NCBI GenBank assembly: GCA_038496445.1
Contig: JALMLS010000571.1
Location: forward strand, 1-64,000
DNA: 64,000 bases
Source of the DNA: Trichosphaerium sp. ATCC 40318
Taxonomy: Eukaryota; Protista; Tubulinea
Reading direction: 5' to 3'
This document shows, in pieces, positions 12,478-25,995 of the stretch. Under the pieces are notes generated by a model. The model had not been told where the DNA came from and made no database searches. It saw only the letters and a list, made by a program, of their open reading frames with translations. The position numbers and the translations under genes were made by a program. How positions within the stretch are numbered: the first letter of the stretch is position 1; every line of letters starts with the position of its first letter.

Positions 12478-14044
12478 ATGTCAACACAACATCTAGAATA
12501 CGCTAAAAACCTTCAAAAATCACTCACAGAGAGTGGTATTAAAAATATTAAATCAGTTGGTACGTTACCGCTCTAAACGTCCTTAAAACCACTAAACGAT
12601 CGCCGTTCGTGCGTTTAAATTGATAATTACCGAGAATCTGAAAAAAAAGCTCGCGTGTCGCAAAGTCGTATTTAACTCTACTTAAAGTCACCTTGTACTA
12701 AAACTCTCGATAGAAATTGCTGCGCGAGGAGGCGGCGAAGATCTTCAAGGTGGATCGACAGTACAACACGCTACCATTCATTTTGAAGCTGATAATGGAA
12801 CCACAAAGCCACCTATAAAACTGTTCATCAAGGCGATCTTTGAGAGCCACAAACTGGTTGACAGCTTACTCTGGATCTACGACAAAGAAACAGAACTTTA
12901 CACAAGAATCATGCCAGACCTCATAGCTTTCCAGAAATCAAAGTTGAAAGAAAAAGCTTCCACGTGTATAGACATGACATTCCTTCCAACACACGTGTGT
13001 AGTAGCATCATAAAAGGAGACAAGACAATCGTACTTGAAGACTTTAAGTCAACACGACCTGGATTCGAAGCATCAAAGCGAAGAGCTTTCCACGACATTG
13101 GAAGAGTCAAGGCAGTCTTAGAAGCCGCAGCACGTATCCACGCAACATCATATGTCATGAAGAAACAAGGAACCGACCTCATGAAGACGTATCCTCTCAT
13201 TGTCGATCGTTTCTGTCATGAAGAATCCAAGTGCTTTATGGGACCTTACATCATTGGTGCTTTCGGTCAATCAGTTGATATGTTGAACACAATTTGTTCT
13301 GCAGCTCACGCTGGAGATGAACGACTTGCTAAAAAAAATCTGCGATTGTTCCCTTCTTCCTACATCGAGAAGCTTGATAAGATTAAGCCTAACATCCTGG
13401 CCATCTGTAAGACCGTACTAGAACCTCAAGAACCTATGGCAGTTATCACACATGGAGATTTGCACATGTACAACATTTGGTTCAAAAAACATGAAGAAAA
13501 AGCCGACGATGGTGAACTCAAGTATTCTTCTCTTATCTTCGACTATCAGATTGTCAGGTACGTCTTTTTGATTAATTTATCTTCTATTCAAGCTGACTGA
13601 TTATTTAGATACGCCTCTGGTCTCGTTGACGTCCATCATTACTTGTCTCAATCTGTTACACCTGAATTCCGTAAAGAAAACTTGCAAAAATGTCTTGACT
13701 TGTATCACTCTGAATTCAGTCGCGTGTGCTCTGCTCTTGGTCTAGATTCTTCTGATAATGACTATACTATGGATGCTATTAAAGCAGAGTATAAGCGTGC
13801 ATACGCATGGGGTTTCATGCTAGCAACGTCATTTGTTTGGCTTCGCTTTGTACCACCTGAAGATCAAAACGAGCTTTTTAACTCAAGGGAGGATAAGACA
13901 AAACGCCCTTCTTTGGATAAGCTAATTGCCATGCTTGATAAATGTGAGGCATGGACAGGATTACAATTACTTTTTGACTTCATGTGTGAGGCAGGAGAAT
14001 TTGGTGCAATTGATGAAATGGCTGCTTTTAAAAACACTGAATAA
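12478..14044 (+). CDS. Ecdysteroid-kinase-like (EcKL/CHK) small-molecule kinase, 3 exons
   Basis: E..LY..IMP, IVLEDFK, ARIHA, HGDLHMYNIWF (Brenner motif), IFDYQIVRY..GLVDV, CLDLYHSEF. Confidence 0.85.
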
Positions 14045-14438
14045 ATTTTTTTTTGACTCATTTCTGTTTATTTTCTTTTCCTCTGTTAACCGTTGTCTTG
14101 GTTTTTGGTTTAATAAGCCCTTCTATCCTCATGTTCGTGATCAAAATGATCATTGTAAGATTCTGAATATTTGAAACGACTACAAAGCTTTGTGAAATTA
14201 AAAGAATACAGATTGTTCCATCCTCGAAGGAAGTCAGTTTGCTTAAAACAACACAACTAAGTTGTAGATCTTTAAACTATCAAAAAGTGACTTGCTGCTT
14301 TCATCTGTTACTGCAGTGTCACTATAGTTAATTGTATACAATCTATACTTCATACTTCCATGCACATAAACTTAAACACAAAGATAGCACATTCACTTTA
14401 TTTCTTTTGACACTATTGTGACACTCTCTCAAGAGTTT

Positions 14439-15142
14439 TTACATAGTTTGACATCTATTCTGCGTTCCCTCATCTTTGACACCATGTTTGTAATGGTGTT
14501 CTTCCTCTAAAAAACCATATGGAGACCAGGACTTGCATTCTCCATGAAGTTTACCTTTTACATAATTACATTTGTAAAGGCATTGACCATCCGGGGACAA
14601 CTGCCTAAACACTCCTTCTTTCTTACCATTTACGTAATTACACGTGTTCTCCAATTTACCATGAAAGTGCCAAGTCTTATAAGCTCCTTCTCGTTTACCG
14701 TCAACGTAATAGCTAAGCTCCATTAACTGGCCATTTGCATGCCACTTCTTTATTTCACCTTCTTTTTGCCATCAATATAAGTACAAAGCTTATACAATGT
14801 GCCACTAGAGTAATCGTACTCCCTACGCTCGCCCTCTATTTTACCTTCAACATATGTACATTCAACACTCACTGTCCCTTTGTCAAAGAAACATTTATAG
14901 TCGCCGTGTTGTTTACCATGATTCCAGTGTTCAATCGCAGCTATCTTTTTTGTTTTGGGATATCGAAGAAAGTATTTCTTTTTCACCCATTTGCCATGTT
15001 TTTCCAAGTTTTCATCGAACCTAGTTGATGTTGCTGTACTTTTACACAGTATAGACCATTTGGAGTATATTTCATAGTCTATATCGGTAATATAAAGGTA
15101 CAGCTCGTATGGGAGGTGTATTAGACCGGGTGCGACTGCCAT
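14439..15142 (-). CDS. F-box-like plus MORN-variant repeat protein, intronless, with a one-base frameshift at a T5 run (14763-14767)
   Basis: Repeats of the form Y.DGK.EG.Y..W..NG.L...C.Y. Adding one A joins the two ORFs as GKKEGEIKKWHANGQLMELSYYVDGKREG. N-terminal LPYELYLYI. Confidence 0.8.
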
Positions 15143-16624
15143 TGTAGTATTTACGCAAAAAGCGCTGTGATTAATCAGATAAATGTACTTGTTATGTAAG
15201 AACTGTATGAAGATATTAGGAGTGGTTGTAACACTTGCGTTTCTTACTATATTTAGACTTCGAGAGAACTTAACTTTGTTGAACGCAACTTAGCGTGGCT
15301 TTCTTTAGAAAGTGAGAATAGCATGACACACTGGCCTTACGCAAGTTCCGTTTATATCGACCCTCAACTCGGTCATTTGAGCCATGTTGACCCAAAACAC
15401 GCAGACTTTGTCAAATTTATTGTCGTTAGCTAAATCACAACCTTAGATGATGATATGAAACGCAACCTTGGATGAATATACAAGCACACAAGACGATGTT
15501 GATAGTCCCGAAAAAATTGTAATTGTTTTTTATCACCCTCCTGTTTCCACATTTTTTTGTGACATCTTGTTAAAAGTATTCACGTAATTATTGGCATTAG
15601 CTAATTTTTTTAGATTCGTTAACTGTGTTCAAGTAAGGCCATTAACTGTATTCAAGAAAGTATGTCAATTGATGTCTAACAGTCACCCATATCACCGCTT
15701 GCTCACAAAAAAAAATTGTTTATTGTTTTTCAGAATCAATCAGAATGCAACTATCAAAACGTGATCAATGCAACATTATTTTCTTTTTGATTGAACAAAA
15801 AATTCTCAAGGCACAGCGCCTATCCTTTTGAGAATATACCGCGCAACGAGTTGTGTCCTGTATATAGACGATATCAGACCTATGATGCATCTACGATCAC
15901 CGCGATATTATGGAGGTAAAGGGGTGAAAGACACAAATTTGATTGATCGATGAAGTGGTAATTCATCGGCCTGTTACAAGTTCCCAAATCACTCCCTCAA
16001 GTCGTAACCTGAGTCCGAGTGACTTACACTGTAAGCGCATACGACGGTTATGGAGCCCGAAGGAGAAGTTAACTAACATTCTCATTTGAAGAGTGCAACC
16101 AAATTTTTTTTTATTGTACGATTTCTGCTCTGTAAAAAAAAAGTGGGTCTAAGAAAAGTATTCGTAGGGGTGTTTGGCGCACGTTAAATTCGTTTTACGT
16201 TGATTTTGGATCTTGTGGAGTGTGTAATCAATCAAATATTTTTTGCCTAAAAATCCCTTTAACACCCTTCTATGACCTTAAAACTTCACAATCTTTTCAC
16301 CAGTGTATTGTAGTCAATATTTTTGGGTGGTAGACAAGCTAAATTTCGCTCAAGCACGAAAAGCAGTTGCAAACTTTTTCAATCAAGAAATGTACCGCTT
16401 TTTTTCAAATGTACTTACAAATCGCCATTTTGAATGAAAATCCATACAAGCTGCTAACGCAGTGTGCAAGATTGACTCTTTGCTAAAAAACTCCAAAGTC
16501 GGCGTTGACAGAACACTGACAAATAGTTCAAAGCCAACATTCTGTAGTTTGTTGTCGAAAAAGCTCGGTATTTGACTCTTGGCTGACTTAATGGAAGTGT
16601 CACTTCATTATTAACGCAGACACT

Positions 16625-17175
16625 ATGACAGCCCCAGGAGAAGGCAAAAAAGGAGTAGCAAAGCTTCTGGCTGTTATGCAATTAGACAAAAAAGTTGGAT
16701 ACGGCCCTCCGTGGCTGAAAAACCTCAATTTAATGTGGATTATGGTTCCCTTTTGCGCTTCTGCGCTTTTGTTGAAGTATTACGTACGATTTACACTATT
16801 AGCTCTTAATATCGCTAAAAGAATCAGTCTGAGGCTGGTATAAATAATATGATAAAGCGCGACATGAAGCTTAGAGAAGAACTTAGAAATGAGTATGAAA
16901 AGGAAGTTGTTGCGTTAATGAAGAAAAAAATGGGCCCAGAGCAAAGCGGTCCATTTCCACGACTTGTACAGCCAATAGACTCAAATTACCAACAACAAAT
17001 GCCACCACCACAACAAAAGCCTCCCGTTCGTGTAGATACGCCTGCTGTAGCTGTACCACACTCTTCTAGAGGTCTTAGCACTCAATCAGAAAACCCATAC
17101 ATTGATGACAACTTGATTGACGTTAAAAACCCTCCAATCACAGTATCTACGCATAAAGATTCACCAGGTGCGTGA
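16625..17175 (+). CDS. Small single-pass membrane protein, 2 exons
   Basis: Hydrophobic LMWIMVPFCASALLL followed by a coiled-coil and P/Q-rich tail; GTACGA donor near 16784. Confidence 0.55.
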
Positions 17176-17298
17176 ATTCAGGAAAATACTCTCTAAAATC
17201 ACCAAAAAACCTTCAACTGACGAAAAAAGAAAAACAACCCTTGTACATGAATAAAAACTGAAAATTAATAACATCCACGCTGTTCTTAACGATTTAGA

Positions 17299-19771
17299 TT
17301 ACATTTTATTTTTGTTTTTTTTTGCTTGTTGGTGTTGTTTGCTGTACACCACTAGCGTCCATCCGTCATCTTCTTTGAATGCATCAGCGTCCCAAGGTGA
17401 AGAATTTTTAGATGTTTTTGTATTGTGGGTAGTAGTGGAGTTGGTTTTGGTGTTGTGAGAGGTAGTAGAGGATGGGTTAAAACTTTCAGTTTCAGGTGTT
17501 GTATTGGTGTATTCGTTATCTGGTTTCTTTTGTGTTGCTTTCTTCTCCTCCTGTTCTAGAGAGTATTGTGCAAGATTTTGTACATCTACGTGGTGTGATT
17601 TAGGAAAACGCGAACAATACAAAAAAATGCCAAAGAAAGAACTGTTTCGTGTGATTGAAGGCATACCTGCCAAGTTTTTAGAGGCTTTCTCTGTATCAAA
17701 ATCGGCGTGTTCAAGAGCAAGTAACACGATAGCAAGTTCTAATGTTGGAAACATGCTTCGTACAGACTGTACTTTAGCATAAATCTCATCATCATCGATG
17801 AGTGTCTACCGGAAAAAAATAAGAAAAAAAATTTCATAGGATTTCAAAGTAGTTGTTCGTACCTTAAGTTCGTCTTCGTAGTACCCAGATTGTTGTATAC
17901 CATCAGTAGGTAGTTTATAATAACCTTGGCTGTCATCCTCACCAGCGCGGAAAGAACTAACAGAGAGTGCTGAAGGAGCATAGCTAGATGAAAGAAACAT
18001 TTCTTCAACAGTAGCTTGGCTATTTACACTATGACTGCTACTACCTAGGCTAGAAACATCGCTTTCCTTAATAAAAATATAAGTAAAAACCCAGCGAGTT
18101 TAACTATGGAACAAGGAGTTTAAAATTAAACGCTTCAAAGCCTTTGATTCAGCAAAAAAAAAGAAAAAAGAAAAAATCAGACTTCTTTCGGACGTACATC
18201 GAAATAAACGTTGAATGGTTGAGAAGAATCAAGCTCATCGTAAAAGACGCATGATGCGCCCAAAGAACTTTGAGTAAATGATTCATCACCAGCTAAAGGT
18301 TTAATACGTAAGTAAAACCAAGGTAACACTAAAGTTAGACTTACAATCACGAATAATATCGCCGTCTTCAAAGAAAATATTATCAGCAGCCATTGATGCA
18401 GATACGTTGTATGGGTATTCATGTACATCCCCATAATCAACGTAATCGTATTCCTCATCACTGGATTCTTCAAAAACACCTGCAATGCCTAGTTCAGATC
18501 CAGATTCGAAAAGAATATCAGCTTCACTTTCGTCATCACTTTCTTGTTCTTCATCTGGTACTGTAACTAAACGAACTCACGTGAGTACTTCAAAATAAAA
18601 ATAATATTCTTTGTACATCTAGACTCTGTAGGGAATGTATCAGTGCCAATTGGGGTAGTAGAGGAGGTTGGTTCGAGAACAACCAAGCTGTTAACATCAG
18701 GAATATCATTAGCTTGAACTTCTTCAACATCTGGCTTGGCTGCTTCTGTAACCTCAGGAGTATCTTCTTGGAGAGATACTTCACAACCAAGGAATATCTT
18801 TAAGCTCTCTTCAGCGCGCTTGACTGTAAAAAAAAAGGAAGAGTTAGCGTAAAGATGAACTGAGTGTTGGTTTCGTTAGTACTTTTTTGGTTTTGCATGT
18901 TAAGTTTTGCATCACCGAATCCTTTGCTATCTTGAACAGTATCATAAAAGTTCTTATCCTTGCGGTACTTTTGACGACGTGGTCTTAGACTATTCACTCC
19001 ATCAAATAAACCGCCATAGCTCGTATTACCACCGACACCAATACCAGAATAGCCTGAGAAGAGAACATTAACAAATAAAACAGGGAAAGCGTCAAATCCG
19101 AACGGCGACGGTTTGTTTTTGTAGCTGACAAGTGATGGGTTTGAGTACGTACTGAATTCGTGACCATGGTCTTCTCGCATATAGAACTTTCCTCTGTACT
19201 TGGTTTTGTTAGCCAAACGTCTTGCCTTACGACGTAAGGCCTTGATCTTTCGTTTGGGGACATTCTTTGTCTTAAAGGACGTTAGTTTGTTTCACATTTG
19301 GGAGGAGAAGGCTCTACCTTGTGAGATCTGGCAGCAAGTTTTGTTGCTTTAGAAGGCTTTCTGGATGCTGCTGCAGCAGGAAACCGACGTCGGTTTACCC
19401 TTTTTTTGCAAGTTAGTTTTGTGAGTTCTTTTCGTTGTGGGGTTATTTCACCTGGAATAGTCGAGTTTCCATAGAACTGAATCGAGAGCGAAGCGGTGAA
19501 CTGTTTGTTTGCCTCTTTTCAAATAGGTCACAGTAGGATCGTTCCTCCAGCTGTACAATAAGCTAGAGTATTATTGGCAGTAACGTACGTTAACCAAACA
19601 TGGCTTTTAGTTACATGTTTTACAGTTGCCTCCTGAAAGCTCTTACCACCGATATAAATCAAAACATGGGAACCTGAACGTATTTTAAAAATAATTGGCC
19701 CTTATTTAACTATTACCTTCATGTACGTTTCTCTTTTGCTCTGCTATCCAATTCTTGTACCACTTGGACAT
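17299..19771 (-). CDS. Low-complexity protein with a C-terminal CUE-like ubiquitin-binding domain, multi-exon
   Basis: LQSMFP-type segment MFPTLELAIVLLALEHADFDTEKASKNL fits CUE (MFP...LL). Acidic and basic tracts. Possible Tudor-like N-terminal exon. Confidence 0.55.
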
Positions 19772-19977
19772 ACACCAGGTGTTGGAGATAAGAAACAATG
19801 AACAAACCAGTTACCCAAACTTCTGTTTTTTCAATCGGAGAGAAAACTCAAACTTTTAGTTCAACTAATACGGCTTGAAATACTGGGCGTCGGTTCTTGT
19901 GGTGCACACATTATCTAGCTTAATCTAGTGTATTTATACATTGATAAAAATGCGTACAAGTCTTGTTTTGACGCAAA

Positions 19978-21170
19978 ATGACCGAACAAGTGCCAAAAGC
20001 TTCGTCAATATAAGCAATGAGCACTGAAGGTATCGTATTTATGCTTCTTAATGGTTTCTTGTTAAACAACTACAAGATGACCTGTTGCCTGCCAATAACG
20101 AGGAATACGCCACCAAAGAATACTGGGACACGCGGTATCAAAAGTAAGGCAATTTTAAACAATATTTGTATTAAAAGGCGCTAGGGACAAAGGAACATAC
20201 GAGTGGTTCGTCATTGCACTCATCAGACGCCTCATTAGTACAATAGGTTTAATTCTGTGTCTGCCGAAGCTTTAAAAACAGTGGCAAAGCAAGTGAATGC
20301 CGGAGAATCAGTATTACATTGCGGTTGCGGCAATTCTGGGGCGTTAGTTTAACATCCGTGATGTCACTAACATTAAGTACAGAACTAGGCGTCCAACTAG
20401 CCTCTGCTGCTTCTTGTAAGGTAGAAAACATTGATTTTTCAGAAGTCGTTATACAATCAATGGCTAAAACATACGAGAAAGAAAAAAACGTCACATGCAA
20501 GTTTATTGCTTGATCATAACCTTTCTTTTCTCACTTATATATTTCAGGGTCTGTTCAGGATATTAAAAATATGAAGTACCCAGATAAGTCCTTTGATGTT
20601 GTACTAGATAAAGGAACAATGGATGCTCTGATGGTGCGGAATAATGTTTTTTTTTGACACTTACTGAATCCAAAAAATCATGAAGTCACAAACGTGTTTG
20701 GAAGTCTTGTTAATTTTTCTATGTAGTGTGAAAAAGGCGATGTTTGGCAAGTCCCTGAGGAGCTTGTTAAAGAAGTAACAAAGTACCTTGATGGTGTATA
20801 CAGAGTGCTCAAAGATGGTGGTAAATTCGTATATGTCACATTTGGTCAGGTAACATAAATAATAATTCATATTAGTATGAACAAAGTAGCTTAAGAAGCG
20901 CCACATAGCATGTCAATATTGACACTAAACGATCCTTATATACACATTTCATTTTTGCACTGTACTTTATCAAACACATGTGTTCTATGTGTCGTCTTTT
21001 ACAAGCGATTCTCGCTTTTTTTTTGTATTTTCCACTAATTATTTTTGTAGCCTCATTTCAGGAAACCCGTGATAATGCAAGAACAATATAAATGGAAGTT
21101 AGAGCTAATTACTCTTGGGAGCTTCTTTCATTACTATGTGTACATACTACAGAAACCTTCTTCGGCTTAA
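19978..21170 (+). CDS. EEF1AKMT4: eEF1A lysine methyltransferase 4-like (class I SAM methyltransferase)
   Basis: EYWDTRY, YEWF, LHCGCGNS, NIDFSEVVI, FDVVLDKGTMDAL, RVLKDGG, TFGQPHFR, FFHYYVY. Confidence 0.88.
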
Positions 21171-21345
21171 ACATAAAAAACAAATACTTCTGCAATTCCG
21201 CTATCCTTTGCTTTCTCTTACTCTCATATTCTGAACAAGTGCATTAACACAGTGTCATTCGCTAGCCGTTTGGGTTTGATGGAAGCGTTAAGTCGCCAAA
21301 AACCATCAGTTAAGTAATGTTTAATAAAGATCCGTTGTTCTCACC

Positions 21346-22725
21346 ATGAACGCTTCGAATTTGTTTCTGGTATTTCTTGTTTGTCTAACCTCCGCTTATG
21401 CTATCGTACGAGTACTAAAACGGTTGGTACATTTTTCAATGACCTTTTCTTCCAGTACCATAACGTCCCTGGAGGCTGGCACTTACCAGATGAGTGTATT
21501 CACCGTATACCATCCAATCAGTTTACAGCAACCGAAACTAGCGACGGAAATATCGAAGTGAGTCAAAATACGGCCCTCCCCACGCTTTAGGCACTGTTTC
21601 GAACTTCACATCGCTCACTCTCTGTAGATAGTCACCGCTGAAGGACAAAAACATACTGTAGGTCCTTGTAAACAACAAACCAAGCGCAACGTAGAACATG
21701 GCGTCGCTTGGAAGACTTGGGCACGCGCACGGGATAAATTCGAAATTTTAAAAACAAGTTTTTTGTTGATATGAAAAAATGGATTGTCCTTGTCGCAATC
21801 CGTCTTAAATAACAGCATTGTAGACGCAATACGAAGACAAAAGCAAGATAACAAGCCTCGTCGGTAACTGGACAGTTCCACCAGCACCAAAACTAAACAA
21901 CCAGATTTTGTACTTGTGGAATGGTGTGGAGCCAGAAGATAATTCAGCGGTCCTTCAACCTGTTCTACAGTATGGTAGTACACCTGCTGGTGGTGGTGAT
22001 TACTGGGGAATTGCATCATGGTCCGTTGTTGTAAAGCAAAAGTCTTACAGCTATTTCATTCTTTTTGAGCCAACTGTATTTTGAAGGTATGTTTCTGCAT
22101 CTCATGGTACTTTTGTATCCAAGTTAGTACGTGTTGAAGCTGGATCTACTGTTGGTGGTTCAAACAAACAGATTAAAAACGGCACATGGGTAATCGCTGG
22201 TACGTTTGGGTTTTTTTTTGTCGTCGGGATATCATTTTTATCTTTCCACGTGATTATCATTTCCTTCTCATTTTTTTCATTTTTAGGATATGGTGCGGGT
22301 GAGACCACTCAATTTTCTTGGAACCCTGCTTCACAGGATTACACATATGCATACCAGGTGCGCGTAAATATTTTTTAAGTACTGAAACGACACAAAAGAA
22401 GGTTTCCGTGTTTCTCTGCTGTTTCTCTCTTACATGTGTTTATATTTTCTATTCTAGGTCCTAGAAGCCTACGAGATTACTAGTTGTGCACAGTATCCAA
22501 CTACAAATGGTGTTAAATTTACTTCGATTGCCGTTGAAGCAGCAGGTATCGCGATTGGTTTTTTTTTTGTTTTGATATTTTTTTTTGCTTGCTTTGTTTG
22601 ACTCTTTTACAAAAGGTTCCCCTGTTACACCTGTATGGTCTGCTGAAACTAAAGACCCTCGTACTTGTCAAGAACATTCTATTATAACATCACCAACAGA
22701 AGTAAGCATCTTGTGGTCGAGTTAG
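21346..22725 (+). CDS. Secreted protein, glutamic peptidase G1 (eqolisin)-like
   Basis: Signal peptide MNASNLFLVFLVCLTSAYA, WTVPPAP, LYLWNGVEP, VLQPVLQYG..AGGGDYWGIASW, VLEAY..C..YP. Confidence 0.6.
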
Positions 22726-23067
22726 ACAACCCATTAAATAAACTATTTTTTTTTGTTAATGAAGCATGTAAAGACAGCTTTAATATTGTACCATTGTCGA
22801 GTTAAACCTGGAGCGATTTTGCCATGTTACTCAATGACGACTGTATTGTGCAACATATTGCTTTATGGAATAGAGTCCAAACTCTACGAGCATTCTTAGA
22901 ACTGATGTCTACTTTGTCTCTACAGCCGTTTTTTCGAGTTCCACGGTTCCAAAACTATTGTTGACTTTTAGGCCTTGTGTAGGCGCTAATAATAACACAA
23001 AATACAACTTGGGCAGTACTACAATGCAAAGCTCAGATTACAATACTGCGTACGCGAAAACAAAGCC

Positions 23068-24050
23068 ATGAAGCAACAAAAAACCAAGTTTAGACTAAAA
23101 CAAGTTGTAGAGGCATTTTAGACATTCCTACGGAGATACTGGTTATTTTACTGGAGTTTGTGGATGTACCCAATCGATTTCGTGCTTCTGAAAGCTGCAA
23201 GCGACTATCAGACGTCATACGCTACCATATTGGTTATGATGAGAAAAAATGTGTTAGCTCTACCTCTTGTTGTTCTCTCCTTTCAGGAAGTCCGATTCTC
23301 AACAAAACTCCAATAGGATTTGAGGATTTTCTTGATGCAAAAGATAGTGATCTTTCTCTACTTTCTGGTGTTCAAAATGTTGAGCTTTGGGGAAATATGA
23401 ACATCACTGATGAAGGATTAAAAGCAATCTGTGGTGTACGTCACCTCAGTATATGTGAGTGTCATGGTATCACAGACAAAGGCATCATACCTCTTGCTAA
23501 GCACCTCAAATACATCTTTTTGATGGATGTCCCAGGAGTTACAGAGATGGGCTTGAAAGCACTTGCAGGTGTACCAAGGATTGAGTTACCTCGCATTAAT
23601 ATTCTGACTGATGATGTATTGTTGATGTTTGCTGGAGTGCACACTATAGATTTGTGTGGATGTACACTCATCACAGATAAAGGCATTTCAGCTTTGGCTG
23701 GAGTGCATACCATCAATTTAAGTTATACTTCAGTGACAGATGAAGGGATATCAGCTTTGGCAGGTGTACATACCATTAGCTTAGTTGAAACGTCAGTTAC
23801 AGATAATGGCATTAAAGCTTTAGCTGGTGTGCACACAATTAACCTTTCTAAATGTCTAAATATCAATGGAGAATGTATGAAGAGTCTAGGAAGCGCATAT
23901 GCTGTTGATTTATCAAATACAAATGCAACAGATGATTGGCTTTCTTCGCTTATGAGTTTAAAAGAATTAGTAATTGTTGGATCTAACATCACAGATGAAG
24001 GCGTCAAAGCGCTCAAAGGGGTAACTATTATACCAAGGTTGATATATTGA
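23068..24050 (+). CDS. F-box plus leucine-rich-repeat protein, intronless, with an apparent one-base frameshift at T4 (23116-23119)
   Basis: F-box-like FLDIPTEILVILLEFV; tandem repeats of about 21-22 aa, AGVHTI(N/D)LS.T.VTD.GI.AL. Confidence 0.85.
23560..23860 (+). repeat. Coding tandem repeat (about 63-66 nt units) encoding LRRs
   Basis: Recurrent gc(t/a)gg(a/t)gt(g/a)ca(c/t)ac...acagat..ggcat..cagcttt units. Confidence 0.8.
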
Positions 24051-24726
24051 GAACAAATGACGACGATTTTTTGAAGAAAAACTGCAGTTCATACAAAATC
24101 AACAAAACATACATCAGTTTGGTATTATTTAAGATCGCTTCATTCAAAACCCTTCCTTTCTGATTACTGTTTTAAGCTAGGTGGTCACCAACTTTACTCG
24201 TATAAAATGTTCTTGTAGTTCCATCCCTAAGATTTCACTCGACTTTTTCAAAATTGTTGGAAAGGTAATAAAAATGGTTTTAGCAGATTATACATCCTCT
24301 TTCATCATATTTCCAACGTACTTCAACAAGCTATTGCATGTAAAGTTGTACTAATTTTAGACTCAAAAGGTCAAAAAACACGTGTCACCACAAAACACGT
24401 AACAAGGGTTTTTGCTTGTACTTGAATTTATTTCCAACAAATATGTCATCCACACAGGCTTCTTTCTTTTTTTTTTTTGGAGCGCTTAACACTTATTAGC
24501 ACGTGCGTGCGCATGAAAAAAAAAGGTAGAAGTTCTCATGTGGGTATAATTTGTTTTCCAATAAAACACCTCCTGACGACTATCTTTCATGTTCAGTCAA
24601 CTAGAAAAACACTGGTGAATGTCATTTTTCTCTAAAAGAGGGGGTTATAGTCAGCTTGCTGCTAAAGGCTTCCGTAGTTCCATTTTTTTCTTCAATTTCA
24701 AAAAACCACAACCAATTCTCATTTTT

Positions 24727-25820
24727 TTAAGAGTTGGCTGGTTTTTTCTTTGGTTTTCCTCGTGGTCCTGTAGGTTTATATTTTTTTGCCCATACACGTT
24801 GTCCTGCTGGTTTTCTACGGTTTCCACGTTTCTTTTTTGTATTATTAGAGTTCTGTCCTCCTCCTTTTCCAGAATTCTTTTTTTGTTTTTTTTGTTCATA
24901 TTTTTGTTTAATGTATTCCAAGTTTGGTATTGTCACTTTTTCTTCGCCTTTATCTTTCTTTTCCTTTTGTTGTTGTTCCCATTGTACCTAAAAAAATAAT
25001 AAGAACAAAAAATATAAAGTCTCATGCCAAGAGGCTCGCCAGTTCTTGTTTTTTCGAAAAACTCTGAAAAAAAAAGAAAAAAGGAAAAATGTTGACAACA
25101 TTCATTTGCAACTCGTTTTGGGGTTTTTGCGTTTAGATTTCTTCTGAGTGTTTATTGCTTACTTCTGCAGGTGGCAGCATTACTGGTTCAACATCTAGCA
25201 TTTTCATAAAATTTTTATAGTCCGGATCAGCATCTGATTGAAAGATTGTTAGTTTTCTCGCTTTAATAATTTTTTAGCGTGTTCTACGTACCTATTGTAT
25301 GTTCTCTAGGGTCTGGTGCAACTGTAGACGGCGGCACATTTTGGTACGGCGCGAATTCAACATGACACTTTGTGTCTCTTCCTATTACGCTGTAAGATAA
25401 AGCAATGGTACGCGTGTATCGTTTTGTAACACTGAAGACTCATTTTAAGAGTCAAAATCGTTAACTGTGAATTCGTTGGGCGCGAAATTGCCTACCTTTG
25501 CTGTCAATAAACGAGTGCTTATGAAACGCCTCCGCAAACGGCCAAACATCGTCTTGTTTTAAAAAATTAAGGTACGCTCTTGAAGGGATCGTTTTTCTTG
25601 ATCTACGCAAGCGTTAGTCGCTTTTACAGCATGGTTTTATTACAATTGCTGAGTTATAAACGTACGTCTTTTTACCTGGTAAAAACACAAGCATATTAAC
25701 CTGCGAGTCGATATCAGGTATTTTCTTGTGTAATGCTTCCAAAAATTGTTCTTCCGTTAAATAGAATGGCAGGTAGCGCACAACTACCTTTGTACCTTTG
25801 GTACCGTGCGCCTCCGCCAT
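24727..25820 (-). CDS. UPF3: Nonsense-mediated decay factor UPF3 (Smg4_UPF3)
   Basis: KVVVRYLPFYLTEEQF, PSRAYLNF, FHKHSFIDSKG, VEFAPYQ, DPREHTI..DPDYKNF, Lys-rich tail. Confidence 0.9.
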
Positions 25821-25995
25821 AGTTAATCACTATTAAAACAAAAAACCACTCAAAAACCAAGTCGCTTACAGTCAAATGAAACCTATCCAATTTAACCGTT
25901 TAATACGCTCCTACGCGCGAAATAAACTATGAAGAAACATTACGTTGATACAAGTCGTTTATTTACATTTTTGAAAAATTTCTGTTTTCTTTAAC

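Noticed and set aside
24619-24999. Phe-rich + strand ORFs that look like membrane proteins
   Set aside because: They are the antisense of the Lys-rich UPF3 tail.
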